A stretch of 64,000 nucleotides of DNA from an uncultured Methanosarcinales archaeon (GCA_963843555.1 CAWJKV010000010.1:64001-128000); one strand, 5' to 3'; positions 21,770 through 32,256 are shown, counted from the first letter of the stretch. Numbers and translations: made by a program. The notes: generated by a model not told the origin, from the sequence alone.

Positions 21770-22474
21770 ATGCGAGCGTGCTTGATAATAATACTAATTC
21801 TGATCCTGGGATTTGCTAACGCTGCCAAAATAACAGTGGGGCCAAAGGATGCAAACTATTCTGTAATTCAGCAGGCAGTGGATAACGCCAGCGCAGGAGA
21901 TGTTGTTGAAGTTCAGAGTGGAGTCTATCGGGAGAACGTCTACTTCTTCAATATGCCGGTAACACTCTTGGGGGTTGATACCGGCAAGGGATTGCCTGTA
22001 GTGGATGCAGGGGGATCTTCAAGTGCCATCACTATATTATCCAATGACACGACGATTAGTGGCTTCAACCTCACAAACTCGGGCCATTGCGGATGCGGGA
22101 ACGCCGGAATACTGGTGGAGTCATACAATAATACTATCCACAATAACGTCATTTTCAAGAATAAATACGGCATATTTGTCCGGCCTGGAAAGACGAATAA
22201 TACTTTCCTGTCAAACGACCTCCTGGAAAACGAGATATCTGCAAATGACACGAGCGGCAATCGATGGAGTGAAGAGGAGAAGGCAGGGGGCTTGCAGGGT
22301 CTTTTAGAATTCATAACCGGGGCGAAGGTTATAGGAAACCATTACAGTGATTATGATGAGCCGAGTGAAGGCTGCAATGACACCAACAACGATGGATTCT
22401 GCGACCTTCCCAGGAAGATCGGAGACGGTCCGAATGCCGACAACTATCCGTCGGTCTCCCCTCTAAATATTTAG
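21770..22474 (+). CDS. Secreted NosD/parallel beta-helix (cell-surface) protein
   Basis: Signal peptide, IQQAVDNASAGD, GVYRENV, Asn-rich NNTI/YGI repeats, GNHYSDY...DTNNDGFCD. Confidence 0.85.
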   Translation: MRACLIIILILILGFANAAKITVGPKDANYSVIQQAVDNASAGDVVEVQSGVYRENVYFFNMPVTLLGVDTGKGLPVVDAGGSSSAITILSNDTTISGFNLTNSGHCGCGNAGILVESYNNTIHNNVIFKNKYGIFVRPGKTNNTFLSNDLLENEISANDTSGNRWSEEEKAGGLQGLLEFITGAKVIGNHYSDYDEPSEGCNDTNNDGFCDLPRKIGDGPNADNYPSVSPLNI

Positions 22475-22577
22475 CCGCAATCCTTCGGCGGATCCTCCAA
22501 TAATCCTGGGACCGGTTAGATTATACATGTTCGCATGAGTGCATAATACGTCTTCGAATGCAGGTAAATAGGAATCC

Positions 22578-23474
22578 TCATGCCATATCTCCATAAAATT
22601 TTAAGACTGTGTATGCGTTCCCAACAACCTGTATTTCTGATACACCAAAGAACTCCCTATTCCAATTGGTGGGGAGGTATCTTGCGATCGCTAACGCCGC
22701 CCCACTTATTAAAAATGTTATGAAAAAAAACAATCTCTTTTCAATGAATGAAAAAGCACCGACCAGTAAGCAGATCAGGGACACAATCGCCATTGCATTT
22801 CCCCAGCCAACGTGTTTCAGTCCGCCCGTAATCTGGATTGTGCTGTCATCCACTCTCTCTGCAAGCAACATGATACTATTCATGTTAATAGCCATCGATT
22901 CTTCCACTCGATTATTGGTGCCTACAACGGTTGACGGATTTTCAAAATCGAATTGCGCTCCATTGTCTGTCATAACTACCAAAGGAAGATCGAAGCTTCC
23001 CAAGAAGCTTCCACTCGTGTGCTTGCCATCGACTATATACTCAGATACAAGTTCAAGCGGTTTGATTTTGCTGACCAATGCGACTTTTTCCGAGTCGGAT
23101 GGAACTTTGACAAGCCTTGCCAGATTAACCAGGTCGCTGGCAGCTTGAGCGGAGTCAAAAGTTCTTAACCGATTCAAGGCGTCTTTACCGTTGCTGAAAA
23201 TATACTCGTCTACGACCTCTGGGAAAATATTCTGCCCCGGCGTCTTGTAGCGATTCTTAATTGCTTTCTTCAACTCGGCAACGCTCACCAGGAACACTAG
23301 ACCAAGGATTTCTATCTTGTTCTCGACGGTAATAATTTTGGGATTGCGAAGCTTTAAGACTCTCGCAGAAGCTTTTCCGCCAATCTTTCCAGAGGGCAGA
23401 TCTGATGCGGAAGCAAGTGTTATTGCATGAATCTCTTTATCTATCAAATTGGAAATCTCCTGGATTTCATTCAT
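22578..23474 (-). CDS. Hypothetical protein with two C-terminal TM helices
   Basis: About 300-aa ORF with a hydrophobic pair near the C-terminus; no family recognised. Confidence 0.65.
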   Translation of the reverse strand: MNEIQEISNLIDKEIHAITLASASDLPSGKIGGKASARVLKLRNPKIITVENKIEILGLVFLVSVAELKKAIKNRYKTPGQNIFPEVVDEYIFSNGKDALNRLRTFDSAQAASDLVNLARLVKVPSDSEKVALVSKIKPLELVSEYIVDGKHTSGSFLGSFDLPLVVMTDNGAQFDFENPSTVVGTNNRVEESMAINMNSIMLLAERVDDSTIQITGGLKHVGWGNAMAIVSLICLLVGAFSFIEKRLFFFITFLISGAALAIARYLPTNWNREFFGVSEIQVVGNAYTVLKFYGDMA

Positions 23475-23478
23475 GGCT

Positions 23479-23976
23479 TCACCTCTCCAGGATGACAAGA
23501 TAGAACGGACCGCTCATGTACACCGTCCCCGTTTGGCGATATGTCCGATCGTCTATTTGCACTATGTCGGGATCCTTTCTGGGTAGGATCTCTAAAACCT
23601 CCGACCGGGTATCGAGGTCTTTTGTGACATCAGAGTACTTTGCTCCGGTTATTGAAGTCTCACCGCCCTTCACGTAAAGGATATCCGGGTCTCTGGCAGA
23701 CTGCAAAACCATTTCGCTCTCCGCCATATTCACTTCGAGATTTTCTGGATTATCTATGTTGCTGCATGTCAATTGTCTCCCCTCGAAAGAATCGCCGAAT
23801 CCCGAGATTTTTATGGACAGCAATTCGCCGGCCCCGGCAACAATGATTGCTTTCCTTGCAAAAAAGTATCGAATCGGAGAGGACTTAAACTCGAAATCCA
23901 TGCATGCCGCCAATCGTCGAGCCGTTTCCGTATCGATTTGTCCATGTGACGCAAATTCTATTAGCTCTTGCCTCAT
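23479..23976 (-). CDS. Hypothetical protein
   Basis: 165-aa ORF with AGGAGTGA RBS; closely followed by the 22578..23474 gene. Confidence 0.6.
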   Translation of the reverse strand: MRQELIEFASHGQIDTETARRLAACMDFEFKSSPIRYFFARKAIIVAGAGELLSIKISGFGDSFEGRQLTCSNIDNPENLEVNMAESEMVLQSARDPDILYVKGGETSITGAKYSDVTKDLDTRSEVLEILPRKDPDIVQIDDRTYRQTGTVYMSGPFYLVILER

Positions 23977-24189
23977 AGTATCACTCCTTTTCTCTCGTCA
24001 TAGAGGTTATATCTTTCTTTATTGATTCGATAGGGACAACTCCATAGGATAGAACCGGGCCACACAATCGTCAAAGACCTGCCACTGCAGCCCACCAGGG
24101 TCGTCAAATCGCATATCTCTTGAATTGAGATCTTATGAATCGAGAATTATTTGCATAGATTAATAAGTCATAAATGACAATATATTAGT

Positions 24190-25078
24190 ATGTCTGAAGT
24201 CAAAATTTTTTGGGATCCCAATGGTTTCGAATTAGCCACCCTGGGAGACAGGAATTTCCTGAAGACGACTGATGGCGATACACCATCTGTGTCAATCCCC
24301 ATTCGCATGCTCAGCATCGATGCTCCTGAATTGCATTATCCCGACAATAGGCCACCCTCCTCGCAAGATAGGAACCTGGCCCAATTGGCCGAATGGATTT
24401 TAGCTGGGAAGGCCCCCATAAAGAAGGAACTTGGCAAGTATTTATATCCCAAACTTGCCACGGGCACGGCAGGCACTCTACATGAAGAGCAGGGCAAAAA
24501 GGCCAAAGAGCATTTTGAAGAGCTGCTAGACAGGATGTTGGCTTTGCCAAATGGCAAAAAACGAAATGTGTTTCTTCGGGCGGCAGACGAACACTTCGAC
24601 CAATATGGCCGTCTTCTTGCCTACATGGCCCCTAATTACAGCTCCAAGGAATTAGCTACCATGTCCAGGAAAGATCGAGCAACTTTTAATTACTTAATGG
24701 TTGAGTCCGGCTGGTCGGCCACACTTCTCATATATCCGAGCATTCCCAGTTATCTAGATCTGGTTATGCTACAGGAGTCTGCTAAGGATGCCTATCAAAA
24801 GGAAAGAGGGGCCTGGTCCAGATCCGATGACTCTGACCGGCTATGAATACCGTATGTTGGTGAGGTTGTACGAAATCACCAAGCAGATAATTGAGGGAAA
24901 AATTATCTCTTCAAGAGAACAGTACAGTTGGATCGATCGATTCTGTGCAGATATGACTACCAAGGAGATATTCTATCCCCAGGATTACTATCTAGTGGAA
25001 CCTTACAACAGAATTTTCATCTGGCCGGAGGATGTGGCAGAGGCAGTTGGCAGTATGAACCTGGTCCCGCCGTTGTAG
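24190..25078 (+). CDS. Thermonuclease (SNase-like) family protein (frameshift near 24820)
   Basis: TDGDT, IRMLSIDAPE, DQYGRLLAY, FNYLMVESG; continues in ORF 24788..25078. Confidence 0.8.
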
Positions 25079-25184
25079 TTCATAGTCTAACAGCAGATAA
25101 AGACCTTGACCAAAATCGCACGTGGGGATGAAAACGGACCTCAGGATAGGGGCACATTCGTTCCAGACAACCAAAAAGGAAGAA

Positions 25185-25889
25185 ATGCGAATTAAGATAA
25201 TTAAAGACGGTCCATATCGGGTTACAGGCGGATTACCACTATACGAACAGGTAATAGTAACTGATGAGTCGGGCCACACCCGGGAATTGATTGATAAAAA
25301 AGAATACCCCTCGAAGGATACCTATACCCTTTGCCGTTGCGGTGCATCAAAAGATAAGCCCTTCTGTGATGGAACCCACAGGGAGATCGGTTTTGATGGC
25401 AGTGAAACAGCCAGCAGAAAACCCTACCTGGAAAAAGCGGAAGTATTTGAGGGTCCTGAACTCAAACTGACCGATGCCCACGAACTCTGCGACCACTCCC
25501 GTTTCTGTCTCCGGTCTGGTGGGATAAGAAATCTCATACAAAAATCAGATGACCCAGAAGCTCGACAATCCGCTATTGAAGAGGCCATGATCTGCCCCTC
25601 GGGAAGGCTGGTTCTGTGGGATAAGAAAACCGGCAAATCATTTGAGAAAGATTTTGTTCCATCTCTGGTGCTGGTACACGACAAACAAAAAGGCTGTGAA
25701 GGCCCCATCTGGGTTCGCGGCGGTGTTCCCATTGAATCCGCAGATGGCAGCATGTATGAATCCCGCAACAGGGTAACCCTCTGCCGCTGTGGAAAGTCAG
25801 ATAACAAGCCCTACTGTGACGGCAGCCACTGGATGAACAGCCAACAGAAGCTCGAGTTCCGGAAGAAATGGGGGCTGGGCGATCTTTGA
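25185..25889 (+). CDS. CDGSH iron-sulfur domain protein (two CDGSH domains flanking a divergent ferredoxin-like domain)
   Basis: LCRCGASKDKPFCDGTH and LCRCGKSDNKPYCDGSH; CDHSRFC...CPSGRL. Confidence 0.92.
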   Translation: MRIKIIKDGPYRVTGGLPLYEQVIVTDESGHTRELIDKKEYPSKDTYTLCRCGASKDKPFCDGTHREIGFDGSETASRKPYLEKAEVFEGPELKLTDAHELCDHSRFCLRSGGIRNLIQKSDDPEARQSAIEEAMICPSGRLVLWDKKTGKSFEKDFVPSLVLVHDKQKGCEGPIWVRGGVPIESADGSMYESRNRVTLCRCGKSDNKPYCDGSHWMNSQQKLEFRKKWGLGDL

Positions 25890-25994
25890 GCCTCTGCATT
25901 CCTTGCGAAGGGCAACGCAACGCTCATAAGCAAAGTACATAAACATAGAAAATTATGTCATTATGGGCCCCAGATAATACAGCAAAGGAGGCAA

Positions 25995-26255
25995 GAGAGC
26001 ATTTATCCAGTTATAGAGCTAGTTGGATCGTCTCCTAACAGTTGGGAGGATGCGGCTAGAAATGCAATCGACACGGCTTGTGAATCCCTTTGGAACCTTA
26101 GAATAGGCGAAGTCACGGAACTGGACGTCAGGCTGGACGATAAGGGAAATATAGCCTCATATAGGGTTAAGATGAAATTTTCATTCAAATACGACAACTG
26201 GAAGGTAGAACTCGGCTGGAAGGCCGACAGGTGCAGGTCATCTCCGACTTCCTAA
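25995..26255 (+). CDS. Second dodecin family protein; no in-frame ATG found (frameshift or decay at the 5' end)
   Basis: ESIYPVIELVGSSPNSWEDAARNAIDTA...YRVKMKFSFKY; the nearby ATG at 25963 is out of frame. Confidence 0.75.
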   Translation, partial: ESIYPVIELVGSSPNSWEDAARNAIDTACESLWNLRIGEVTELDVRLDDKGNIASYRVKMKFSFKYDNWKVELGWKADRCRSSPTS

Positions 26256-26516
26256 AACATATCGAGTTCCACGACTGACCCTATCTTCCTTCCATTGTCT
26301 TCCTCCATTATGCACGGTCAAGCTTTCAATCGCGGAGATCAAATGAATCTGGACAACGAAGACTCGACGACTTCTGAATTCCCGAAAACCGGGCATGCTG
26401 CATGAAGCATATCCCATCCTTTATGCCGAGATGGCAGCACTTAATATTTGATTGTATCAATTGCCTGGAGGATCTTTGTCTACAGTAGCGGAGGTCTCAG
26501 GAGAGCCCATGCCGGG

Positions 26517-26528
26517 GAAAGTTTTATC
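26517..26528 (+). promoter_or_regulatory. BRE/TATA promoter of tRNA-His
   Basis: GAAAGTTTTATC about 30 nt upstream of the tRNA 5' end. Confidence 0.55.
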
Positions 26529-26556
26529 TCCTCGCAGTAGACTCAAATCCTGGCGT

Positions 26557-26628
26557 GCCGGGATAGGGTAGTGGTTATCCTGAGGGACTGTGGATCCCTC
26601 GAGCTGGGTTCGAATCCCGGTCCCGGCC
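26557..26628 (+). tRNA. tRNA-His(GUG)
   Basis: Acceptor stem GCCGGGA/TCCCGGC, anticodon arm AGGGA-CTGTGGA-TCCCT, T loop TTCGAAT, discriminator C; CCA not encoded. Confidence 0.95.
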
Positions 26629-26710
26629 TAATAGTTTATGTGCAGCGATTGTTTTCTCTTTGATTTCCGGGATGGATAGTTCCCTCATGGATCGTCACTC
26701 TCGGGTCTAC

Positions 26711-27103
26711 TTACATGCTCACCGCTTTCTCGAAGGTGATGTGCTCTCCGGGTCCAAGCCTCATTTTAATACTCTGCCACTTGTTGAGATATTGAGCCAG
26801 ATCGCTCCAGAAGGCAGCCATCCAGATTCGTTGCTCATGATCGCTCCAGCTATCTATTGTCATATCCTGCGTTCGCACCATGGCCTTGACCCGCGATTCC
26901 ATATTGGCCATAGTTTCAATGATCTGCACCACAATGCCCTCGCCGTTTTCATCCTCGGCCACTATCAGCTCGAACTCTCCGATATTGATTATTTCTCCGG
27001 GGCCAAGTCTGCCCGCCCTGGCTTTGAGGGCACCCAAGGCAATGGCCCGGAAGATCTCCTCCTGAGAGAACATCTGCACCGCCTTCTTCCTCAGCTCAAA
27101 CAT
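26711..27103 (-). CDS. Hypothetical protein
   Basis: 130-aa ORF with protein-like composition; TATA-like sequence upstream. Confidence 0.65.
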   Translation of the reverse strand: MFELRKKAVQMFSQEEIFRAIALGALKARAGRLGPGEIINIGEFELIVAEDENGEGIVVQIIETMANMESRVKAMVRTQDMTIDSWSDHEQRIWMAAFWSDLAQYLNKWQSIKMRLGPGEHITFEKAVSM

Positions 27104-27429
27104 GTTCCTTTGCTCCGAAATTTCTTCTTGGGATCGCTAAAAGTATTATAAGCAAGAAAACCAATATAAAATGCGGGGCTGAAGATCTCTGGAGAGGATC
27201 AAATACATGGGCTGCTTTGAGAATTATATGGAGTTTCGCGAGGAAGTGGATAATGTCAAAAAGGAGCGTGCGCACAAAGTGGCTCCACTATCACCAGATG
27301 ATATCTCCAATTTCGCCGCGGGATCATGAAGATATCAATAGAACGCGTTGGTTACGTCAGTTGTACAAAATTGCTGGACTACCGGTCTGGTGAATAGAAT
27401 GCTTTTCGCTCGATATTGGACTCCATGGC

Positions 27430-28479
27430 TCATCTAATATTTCTTTCACTACTCTGATCTGCAGTCAAATTGGTGTCACTTCCAGGAGGATGTGAAACAT
27501 TAACCCAGAGATGAAGGTCTCTGTAAGGTTCTGTAAAATTATCCTCTTTGTAGAGCAGGAGCTCCAGCTTTTGCTGTTCTCCGGTATTATTGAGAATGTA
27601 GGTCACGGGCCGCTCCCATGTCTCGTTGTTCTGTAAGGTCAGATTCATGCTCAGTATAATGCCATTGACCTGAGAATCATCTTCAAGTGATGGCGCCTCT
27701 TCTCTCGAAGAATTATTCCTCGGAATGTCTTGCATCAAAGTGCTGTTCATCGAAGTGTTATTCATTGAATTATCGTCTATCGAAGTATTATTCAATGAAA
27801 TTTGCATAGTGTAATTAACCTCCTCATATTCATGGTTCACCACACCCACAATCAATGTGCTCTTATTGCCTGCCTCGACACTTGTAGGGTAATCGTAGGC
27901 CTTTCCTCCCGCCCCCAGGATATAAAATTCCGTGAACTTCTCGCCCTGCTTGGGGGTTACTATGACGTAGACCAGAGCGGCGATGGAGGTTATTATGGCC
28001 AGTACTAATACTAAAGTCAGTGCTTTATCCAGCCGGCCCTTCTCATCTGCCAAGATCTCTCTTTTCAAAGAGCCAATATTTTCGCTGAATTGGATGGAGA
28101 ATCTTTCATCAGCAGGAAGATTCATGCGTCGCCAATAGGCTGCCGCCGCCATGGCGATGGTAAAGATGACCAGGGAGACGACAACCGGAGTAAGCCTGAT
28201 TCCCCAGGGGGTGTAATTGAGAGCGAGGCCCATGAGTGGGACCACCGCAATGCTCAAGCCAAAGCTCAGGGCAGTCCGCTCAATTCCTTCCAGATCCCCC
28301 ATCCTCGGAAAAAGAGCGGCAATGAGTGTATATCCCGGCACAAAGAGCACCATAACAAGGCCCAGGGGTATGCGCACAGGAAGATCATTCAGGGGCGTAA
28401 GAGTGAAGACCAACGTCGCCAGTGCTAGAACGATTGCCGCCATCAGGTCTGGAGGTACCGCCTCAAATTTCTTTTTCAT
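27430..28479 (-). CDS. DUF1616 family membrane protein
   Basis: FVPGYTLIAALFP, ERTALSFGLSI, TPWGI, EKFTEFYIL, PYRDLHLWVNV; Asn/Thr/Ser-rich insert. Confidence 0.9.
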   Translation of the reverse strand: MKKKFEAVPPDLMAAIVLALATLVFTLTPLNDLPVRIPLGLVMVLFVPGYTLIAALFPRMGDLEGIERTALSFGLSIAVVPLMGLALNYTPWGIRLTPVVVSLVIFTIAMAAAAYWRRMNLPADERFSIQFSENIGSLKREILADEKGRLDKALTLVLVLAIITSIAALVYVIVTPKQGEKFTEFYILGAGGKAYDYPTSVEAGNKSTLIVGVVNHEYEEVNYTMQISLNNTSIDDNSMNNTSMNSTLMQDIPRNNSSREEAPSLEDDSQVNGIILSMNLTLQNNETWERPVTYILNNTGEQQKLELLLYKEDNFTEPYRDLHLWVNVSHPPGSDTNLTADQSSERNIR

Positions 28480-28481
28480 TC

Positions 28482-29603
28482 TTACCTACCGGGCTCAAGG
28501 CCGAGCAACTGCCGGATCCAGTCCAGGAGCATGCTAACGAAGCTCTTCCTCTGTATGGATTCGGATGCCTGGCTGGACGGGCTCTGTTTCGATGGGAGTG
28601 CAGGATGAAGAGTTGAGTTTTTGCTCGAATTATTCAAGGACGAGCCCATCCTTAAGATCATATCCTTCTCTCTGCATACCTTGCAAGCATCAGTTCCTCT
28701 GACCAGGCAATACTCCTCCTGGCAGTCGCCTGCCTCTTCTGTGAGCGGCTGACCCTGGGCTACTATCTCCCAGTAGCCTCCCGAGAGCCTCTTCTTGAGG
28801 AGCTTTTCGGCCATATCATACTGGCTGGAATTCACGACATTGAGGCCTATCTGCCGGGCATACCAATGGATCGTCTTCTGATTGATCTCCACCGGTTTTG
28901 TCCTCTGCCCGGTTGAGAATTCCTCACTCTTCGCCTTTCCGCTTTCCGATTTATTGGCACCGTCACTTCCGAAGCTCTCGGCTTTGCCTGTGAATGATGT
29001 CGATGTGGTGGATGAGTCTCCGCCTCCCAGGCGGATGATCTTCGAGTCCCCTGCCCCCTTGATCCTGTAATCACCGGCCGGAATGCCCGATGTATCGATG
29101 GCCAGATTATATTTTCCTGCCGAGTCGGCCTGAACCTGTGTCTGGGCCTCGACAGTTACGGGAATCTCTGTCGATCCCGGCAGAGCTCTTCCAAACATCT
29201 TCAGGTTGTACCTGCCCGGCGGCACATCGCTCTGAGAGATGCGAGCCGTTCCTCCATCTGCCTTAAAGCTCTTGGTGATCCAGATGCCTAACTTGACTCC
29301 TGCGTTGAAGTCCTCTACATTTCGAGCCGCAACACTGAAGCGGTTCGGCTTCTGAGGGATCTCCACCGTCGTTTCATACTCGTACTTTCCTGCCGTCACA
29401 GGCAGATTCATGGTGAAGCTGGACTGAAAGGAGAGCTGACTGCCTGGCTTCGCGACCCCGGTAAGAAGGATCTCTTGCCCGGGTGATACGCTGGCAGAGG
29501 ACAGTTCAAAAGAATGGCCGGGAGATATAAAAATAGAGGCAAAAATTGCGGCCAGGATGAGGGCGCTCTCCATCACCTTCGGCCAAACTATCCTCACCGT
29601 CAT
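28482..29603 (-). CDS. Secreted/cell-surface hypothetical protein
   Basis: Signal peptide, Ig-like beta regions, S/T-rich linker, Cys-containing C-terminal domain. Confidence 0.75.
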   Translation of the reverse strand: MTVRIVWPKVMESALILAAIFASIFISPGHSFELSSASVSPGQEILLTGVAKPGSQLSFQSSFTMNLPVTAGKYEYETTVEIPQKPNRFSVAARNVEDFNAGVKLGIWITKSFKADGGTARISQSDVPPGRYNLKMFGRALPGSTEIPVTVEAQTQVQADSAGKYNLAIDTSGIPAGDYRIKGAGDSKIIRLGGGDSSTTSTSFTGKAESFGSDGANKSESGKAKSEEFSTGQRTKPVEINQKTIHWYARQIGLNVVNSSQYDMAEKLLKKRLSGGYWEIVAQGQPLTEEAGDCQEEYCLVRGTDACKVCREKDMILRMGSSLNNSSKNSTLHPALPSKQSPSSQASESIQRKSFVSMLLDWIRQLLGLEPGR

Positions 29604-29645
29604 TTGTCCTCTCCGATCTACAGCATAATATTTAATTTGTGGTCG

Positions 29646-30704
29646 TCAGATGGTTTGGTCGTTAAACTCGATCTCATCAAAATTGAAGGATCCATTCAGA
29701 GCTTTGGCGCTGATGGAGTAGCTGCCGGACGGGAATCCTGTGGTGTTTATAACCAGATTGAAGGGACCATCTACGACGAGCTTCTTCACCACAGACATCC
29801 TCAGATCAACCTCCGTAGCATTTTCTGAAGCATCCCCAAAGATCTTGACGTGATAGGATCCCTTAGGAGAGATGAGGTCGGTGTCCGCTCTGGCCAACCC
29901 AGAATTATCTGCTGGAAATTGTGAGCTGATCCAGGTGCGTTCCAGATCCCCCTGCAGCTTCATAAGGCCTACATTGATGTCCTTTACTGGCCTTGCCATA
30001 ACTGTGAAATTGTTGGGCTTCTTGGGCATAAAAATGCCTGGCATGCTGAGATCGTATCCGGTCTTGGAGCCCTTGACAACGACGGGCGTGGATAGAGGTG
30101 GCATGTTCAGTCCCACTATGTCGTACATATATCTTCCAGAAAATACAGGTACGGTGGTTTTGATGGAAAGCGTAAGGAGGAGCTCGCCCTTTCCTGATCC
30201 GGAGAGATTCTTGTCCGTATTCGCCGGGCCAACAAAATCGTGGGCAAGGTAGGGACGGGTCCGGTAAGCATCGTCCATCCTCACGATAGGAATCAGTCCC
30301 ATTGTTGCAGAACCCCATGTGAAGGATAGGTTGCCCAGGCGATACGGGCCATTCAGCAACTTCCTTTCGATGGTCTTGCCGTCAAAGGCCAGCTGCATGG
30401 TATGGTTGCCATAGGTGAGGTTCTTATGATCTGCCGACCACACAACTTCTCTATTATCTCTGTCATAGAGAAATCCGTGAAGGCTGTACTCCCCAGGATA
30501 TATTATGTTCACTCCCACATCGATATTCAGATACTCGAATAGACCATCGCCATTGATGTCCAGGCCGGAATCATTGTATTCTCCCGTCAAGCTGGCAAAT
30601 TCTGCGCCGTCAGGTATTATCTGGCCCGATGCAGCAGGAAGGCAGAATGCCAGCAGGAAGACCAAGGCAAGCCATGCCCCGCATGCAGCAGTAATGGATT
30701 TCAT
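29646..30704 (-). CDS. Secreted/cell-surface hypothetical protein
   Basis: Signal peptide; DSGLDINGDGLFEYL Ca-binding-like motif; C-terminal domain paralogous to the neighbouring gene. Confidence 0.75.
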   Translation of the reverse strand: MKSITAACGAWLALVFLLAFCLPAASGQIIPDGAEFASLTGEYNDSGLDINGDGLFEYLNIDVGVNIIYPGEYSLHGFLYDRDNREVVWSADHKNLTYGNHTMQLAFDGKTIERKLLNGPYRLGNLSFTWGSATMGLIPIVRMDDAYRTRPYLAHDFVGPANTDKNLSGSGKGELLLTLSIKTTVPVFSGRYMYDIVGLNMPPLSTPVVVKGSKTGYDLSMPGIFMPKKPNNFTVMARPVKDINVGLMKLQGDLERTWISSQFPADNSGLARADTDLISPKGSYHVKIFGDASENATEVDLRMSVVKKLVVDGPFNLVINTTGFPSGSYSISAKALNGSFNFDEIEFNDQTI

Positions 30705-30710
30705 CCTCCA

Positions 30711-31331
30711 TCAGGGAGCTTTTGCCTCTTGATACTGTCCTGTGTTTTGACAATAAACAGCACCGGGTGGCAGACCTGGCGTGGTGGAGATCTCCTTAGA
30801 CATCACATTTCCATTCTGGTCTACCTTCGTAGTCAGGGTATTGTCGGTTGCCACTGAAGCATCCTGTACGATTTCCGTCGTTGTGCCATCGGAATTGTTG
30901 ACCTCCGTATACTTCTTCAATCCGAAAGGCTCGAAAGTCTCCAGCTTCGCGACAGTGGTCCCATCCGCGCTATAAGTAATGGTCAGGACAGGCCCATTGC
31001 TTGGGGAGATGGTCAGGCTCTTAACAAGAATTCCATCCGGGCCGAAAAACTCTCTCAATATGGTACCGTCTTTGTTTTCATATGCAGTAACGTTGTAGAT
31101 GATGTCATCCTCTGTCACCTGCATCTTGGTCACATTAGAGCCTGCTCTGTCGAAATTCTCGCTTATTGCAAGCATATCCGCCTGCACGCCTTTCATTCTC
31201 GTTTGTAATTCCTCTAGAGAGGCGACCCTCTCCGTTTGATTCGTAGGCTGATCCTGAGCCCAGGCTAACTGGGTGAGGGCCAGCAGAACCAGGATTGCCA
31301 CGCAAGCACTGATACCCTTAACTCTTGTCAT
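30711..31331 (-). CDS. Secreted hypothetical protein with DG-turn beta-hairpin repeats
   Basis: Signal peptide (AWA), repeated DGT/DGI turns. Confidence 0.65.
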   Translation of the reverse strand: MTRVKGISACVAILVLLALTQLAWAQDQPTNQTERVASLEELQTRMKGVQADMLAISENFDRAGSNVTKMQVTEDDIIYNVTAYENKDGTILREFFGPDGILVKSLTISPSNGPVLTITYSADGTTVAKLETFEPFGLKKYTEVNNSDGTTTEIVQDASVATDNTLTTKVDQNGNVMSKEISTTPGLPPGAVYCQNTGQYQEAKAP

Positions 31332-31409
31332 AATTTTGTCACCTTATTTGATATATTACCAAGTCATCTATATATCTTTATTTGGGCAAACATGTTCACT
31401 CTTGGGCAT

Positions 31410-31938
31410 TGATACGACCCTAATAAATACCTATTACCAGTTACCCAACCTCATTGATATCCATCATGATGCAAACCGCTACCCTCAATAGTGACTGATC
31501 ATTTGGGTACGCCCCTGGTACGCGACTTCTTCGTTTCAGCTCCTTGTTGATTCTCTCCAGGCCGTTCGTAGATCGGATCCTTCTCCAGTGTTGTCTTGGA
31601 AACGATTTGTAATTCCAAAGGTCGAAATCGGAAACTATCAATTGTATCTGCAGACTTTTTGTATCCTTTATCGTCAAGAACAACTGCCAGTTTCTGCATC
31701 TTGGCCTCATCTTCAAGAATATCCGCCAGCATATAAGCAGCCTCCTTTTTATCTTTCTTCGGTATGTTCTTGAGCACGGCAGTCAGATATGTTCATGGCT
31801 CTGTGTCCCCCCTAAAGTTTGGCGACTTGGGGATACAGGGCTACTATATCTCGTGAGAAATAACTAGCTGTTATCTGGTGAACTGCAAGTTGGTTCCTGG
31901 ATATTATTGTGAAATTACATCAAAACTGGCACGCTACC
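31410..31938 (-). mobile_element. IS256-family element, internally deleted remnant
   Basis: Transposase C-terminus HWRRIRSTNGLERINKELKRRSRV..YPNDQSLLR; IS256-like terminus GGTAGCGTGCCAGTTTTGATGTAATTTCAC (minus strand, about 31938-31909); N-terminal coding region absent. Confidence 0.8.
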
Positions 31939-32256
31939 AGGTATACTTGTGGAAACGTTCAGTTCTTTATACGAACATGCCCAAATATACTATCGTCTGA
32001 AATAAGCGTTTGTTGAAGAAGATTTCAGGCATAACTTGCCTTGAACCGAAGGTAAGGCGGATGGGAGATGAAAGATGGCAAAGTAAAGACATGGAGAGCA
32101 AACTAAATCCTCGTGGTGGGGATGCACCGAAGACAAAGCGACAACGACAGCGCTCAGGTTGTGTACATCATTCCGCCGATCGAGAGCCTGTCCGGATTGC
32201 CTATCTCAGGTTAACAAATGACAAGGGACTGGTCCGAGTGATCAATGACCCAAGGC

